From contig NZ_MKGN01000005.1 of NCBI RefSeq assembly GCF_002682985.1, positions 1 through 5,562 of the forward strand: DNA of 5,562 bases. The letters run 5' to 3'. Below the pieces are notes generated by a model. The model did not search any database and was not told the origin of the DNA. It worked only from the letters and a program-made list of their open reading frames with translations. The stretch comes from Candidatus Tremblayella phenacoccinincola. GTDB lineage: Bacteria; Pseudomonadota; Gammaproteobacteria; Burkholderiales; Burkholderiaceae. Of the stretch, positions 5,405-5,562 are shown one piece after another; position 1 is the stretch's first letter; each line of letters starts with the position of its first letter. A program made the position numbers and the translations under genes.

Positions 5405-5562
5405 AACATAAGATTAACTGGGTGTTGGCGCTACGCTATAGATGTATTCACAAGAACCATCCGATACCTCCAATACTTCTAGCATGTTCAGATATCACAC
5501 CCCCCTAGAACAGAGTTAATATTAGGTTGGATGCTTTCAACATACGGTTCTATATGGACAAG

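Noticed and set aside
5421-5505. Possible tRNA, 4.5S/SRP RNA, RNase P or tmRNA 5' end on either strand (GGGGGGTGTGATATCTGAAC on minus resembles GGGGCTGATTCTGGATTCGAC)
   Set aside because: No cloverleaf could be built, as the D and T arms fail. There is no GGAAGCAGC SRP motif, no GGAUUCGAC tmRNA element and no RNase P conserved regions. Only a 6-bp terminal pairing is present.
5510-5562. rRNA-5'-end-like strings: agagtt (16S AGAGTTTGATC-like), and gttaat..ggttggatgc..atatggacaag (23S GGTTAAG..GGTGGATGCC..GATGAAGGACG-like)
   Set aside because: Identity over the aligned ~39 nt is only about 59%. The normally near-invariant GGCGATGAAGGACG and TGGCTCAG elements are not present, and the helix-forming complementarity is missing. 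The window ends too soon to test further, so I treat it as chance until barrnap or Infernal on extended sequence says otherwise.
5488-5562. Edge-truncated reading frames: plus ATG at 5531 (MLSTYGSIWT..) and a minus-strand 24-codon tail (..LVHIEPYVESIQPNINSVLGGCDI, stop TGA 5490-5488)
   Set aside because: They are too short to distinguish from chance; about a 13% chance of 24 stop-free codons at this composition by my rough estimate. There is no recognisable homology. They are noted only in the right-flank finding.
1-5562. CRISPR arrays, IS or transposon ends, integrases, toxin-antitoxin or restriction/defence genes, alternative genetic code, and CTAG avoidance
   Set aside because: There are no spaced direct repeats of CRISPR type and no long inverted or terminal repeats. 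Every ORF above about 60 aa is accounted for by housekeeping genes or their shadows. All genes read through with the standard code. CTAG occurs about 16 times, close to the composition-based expectation of about 15.

Overview
AT-rich sequence (hand-sampled about 27-33% G+C inside genes) that looks like a strongly reduced gamma/beta-proteobacterial, endosymbiont-style chromosome. It reads with the standard code: Trp is TGG and no in-frame TGA is needed. Four intact housekeeping genes fill 275-5067. These are clpP (-), serS (+, true start most likely 956 rather than the ORF-track 887), and the glyQ-glyS operon (-) with a TAATG stop/start overlap. The two ends are the unusual parts. The left flank 1-274 is non-coding, about 40% G+C, and is colinear with the tag-stop/helix-5 and pseudoknot-2 parts of tmRNA (ssrA), but no tRNA-like 3' domain is visible before clpP. 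Right of glyQ, the 93-aa ORF 5090-5371 is recognisably only the C-terminal end of glutamyl-tRNA synthetase, with no room for the catalytic domain. After it come a weak hairpin and about 160 nt of unassigned sequence at about 42% G+C. I see no CRISPR array, transposase or integrase, toxin-antitoxin, restriction or other defence or mobile content, and I cannot support a novel multi-gene system here. The best follow-ups are the atypical or truncated ssrA-like RNA and the orphan GluRS C-terminal ORF, both of which abut the clpP-serS-glyS-glyQ block. All comparisons to E. coli proteins and RNAs are from memory, not from a search.
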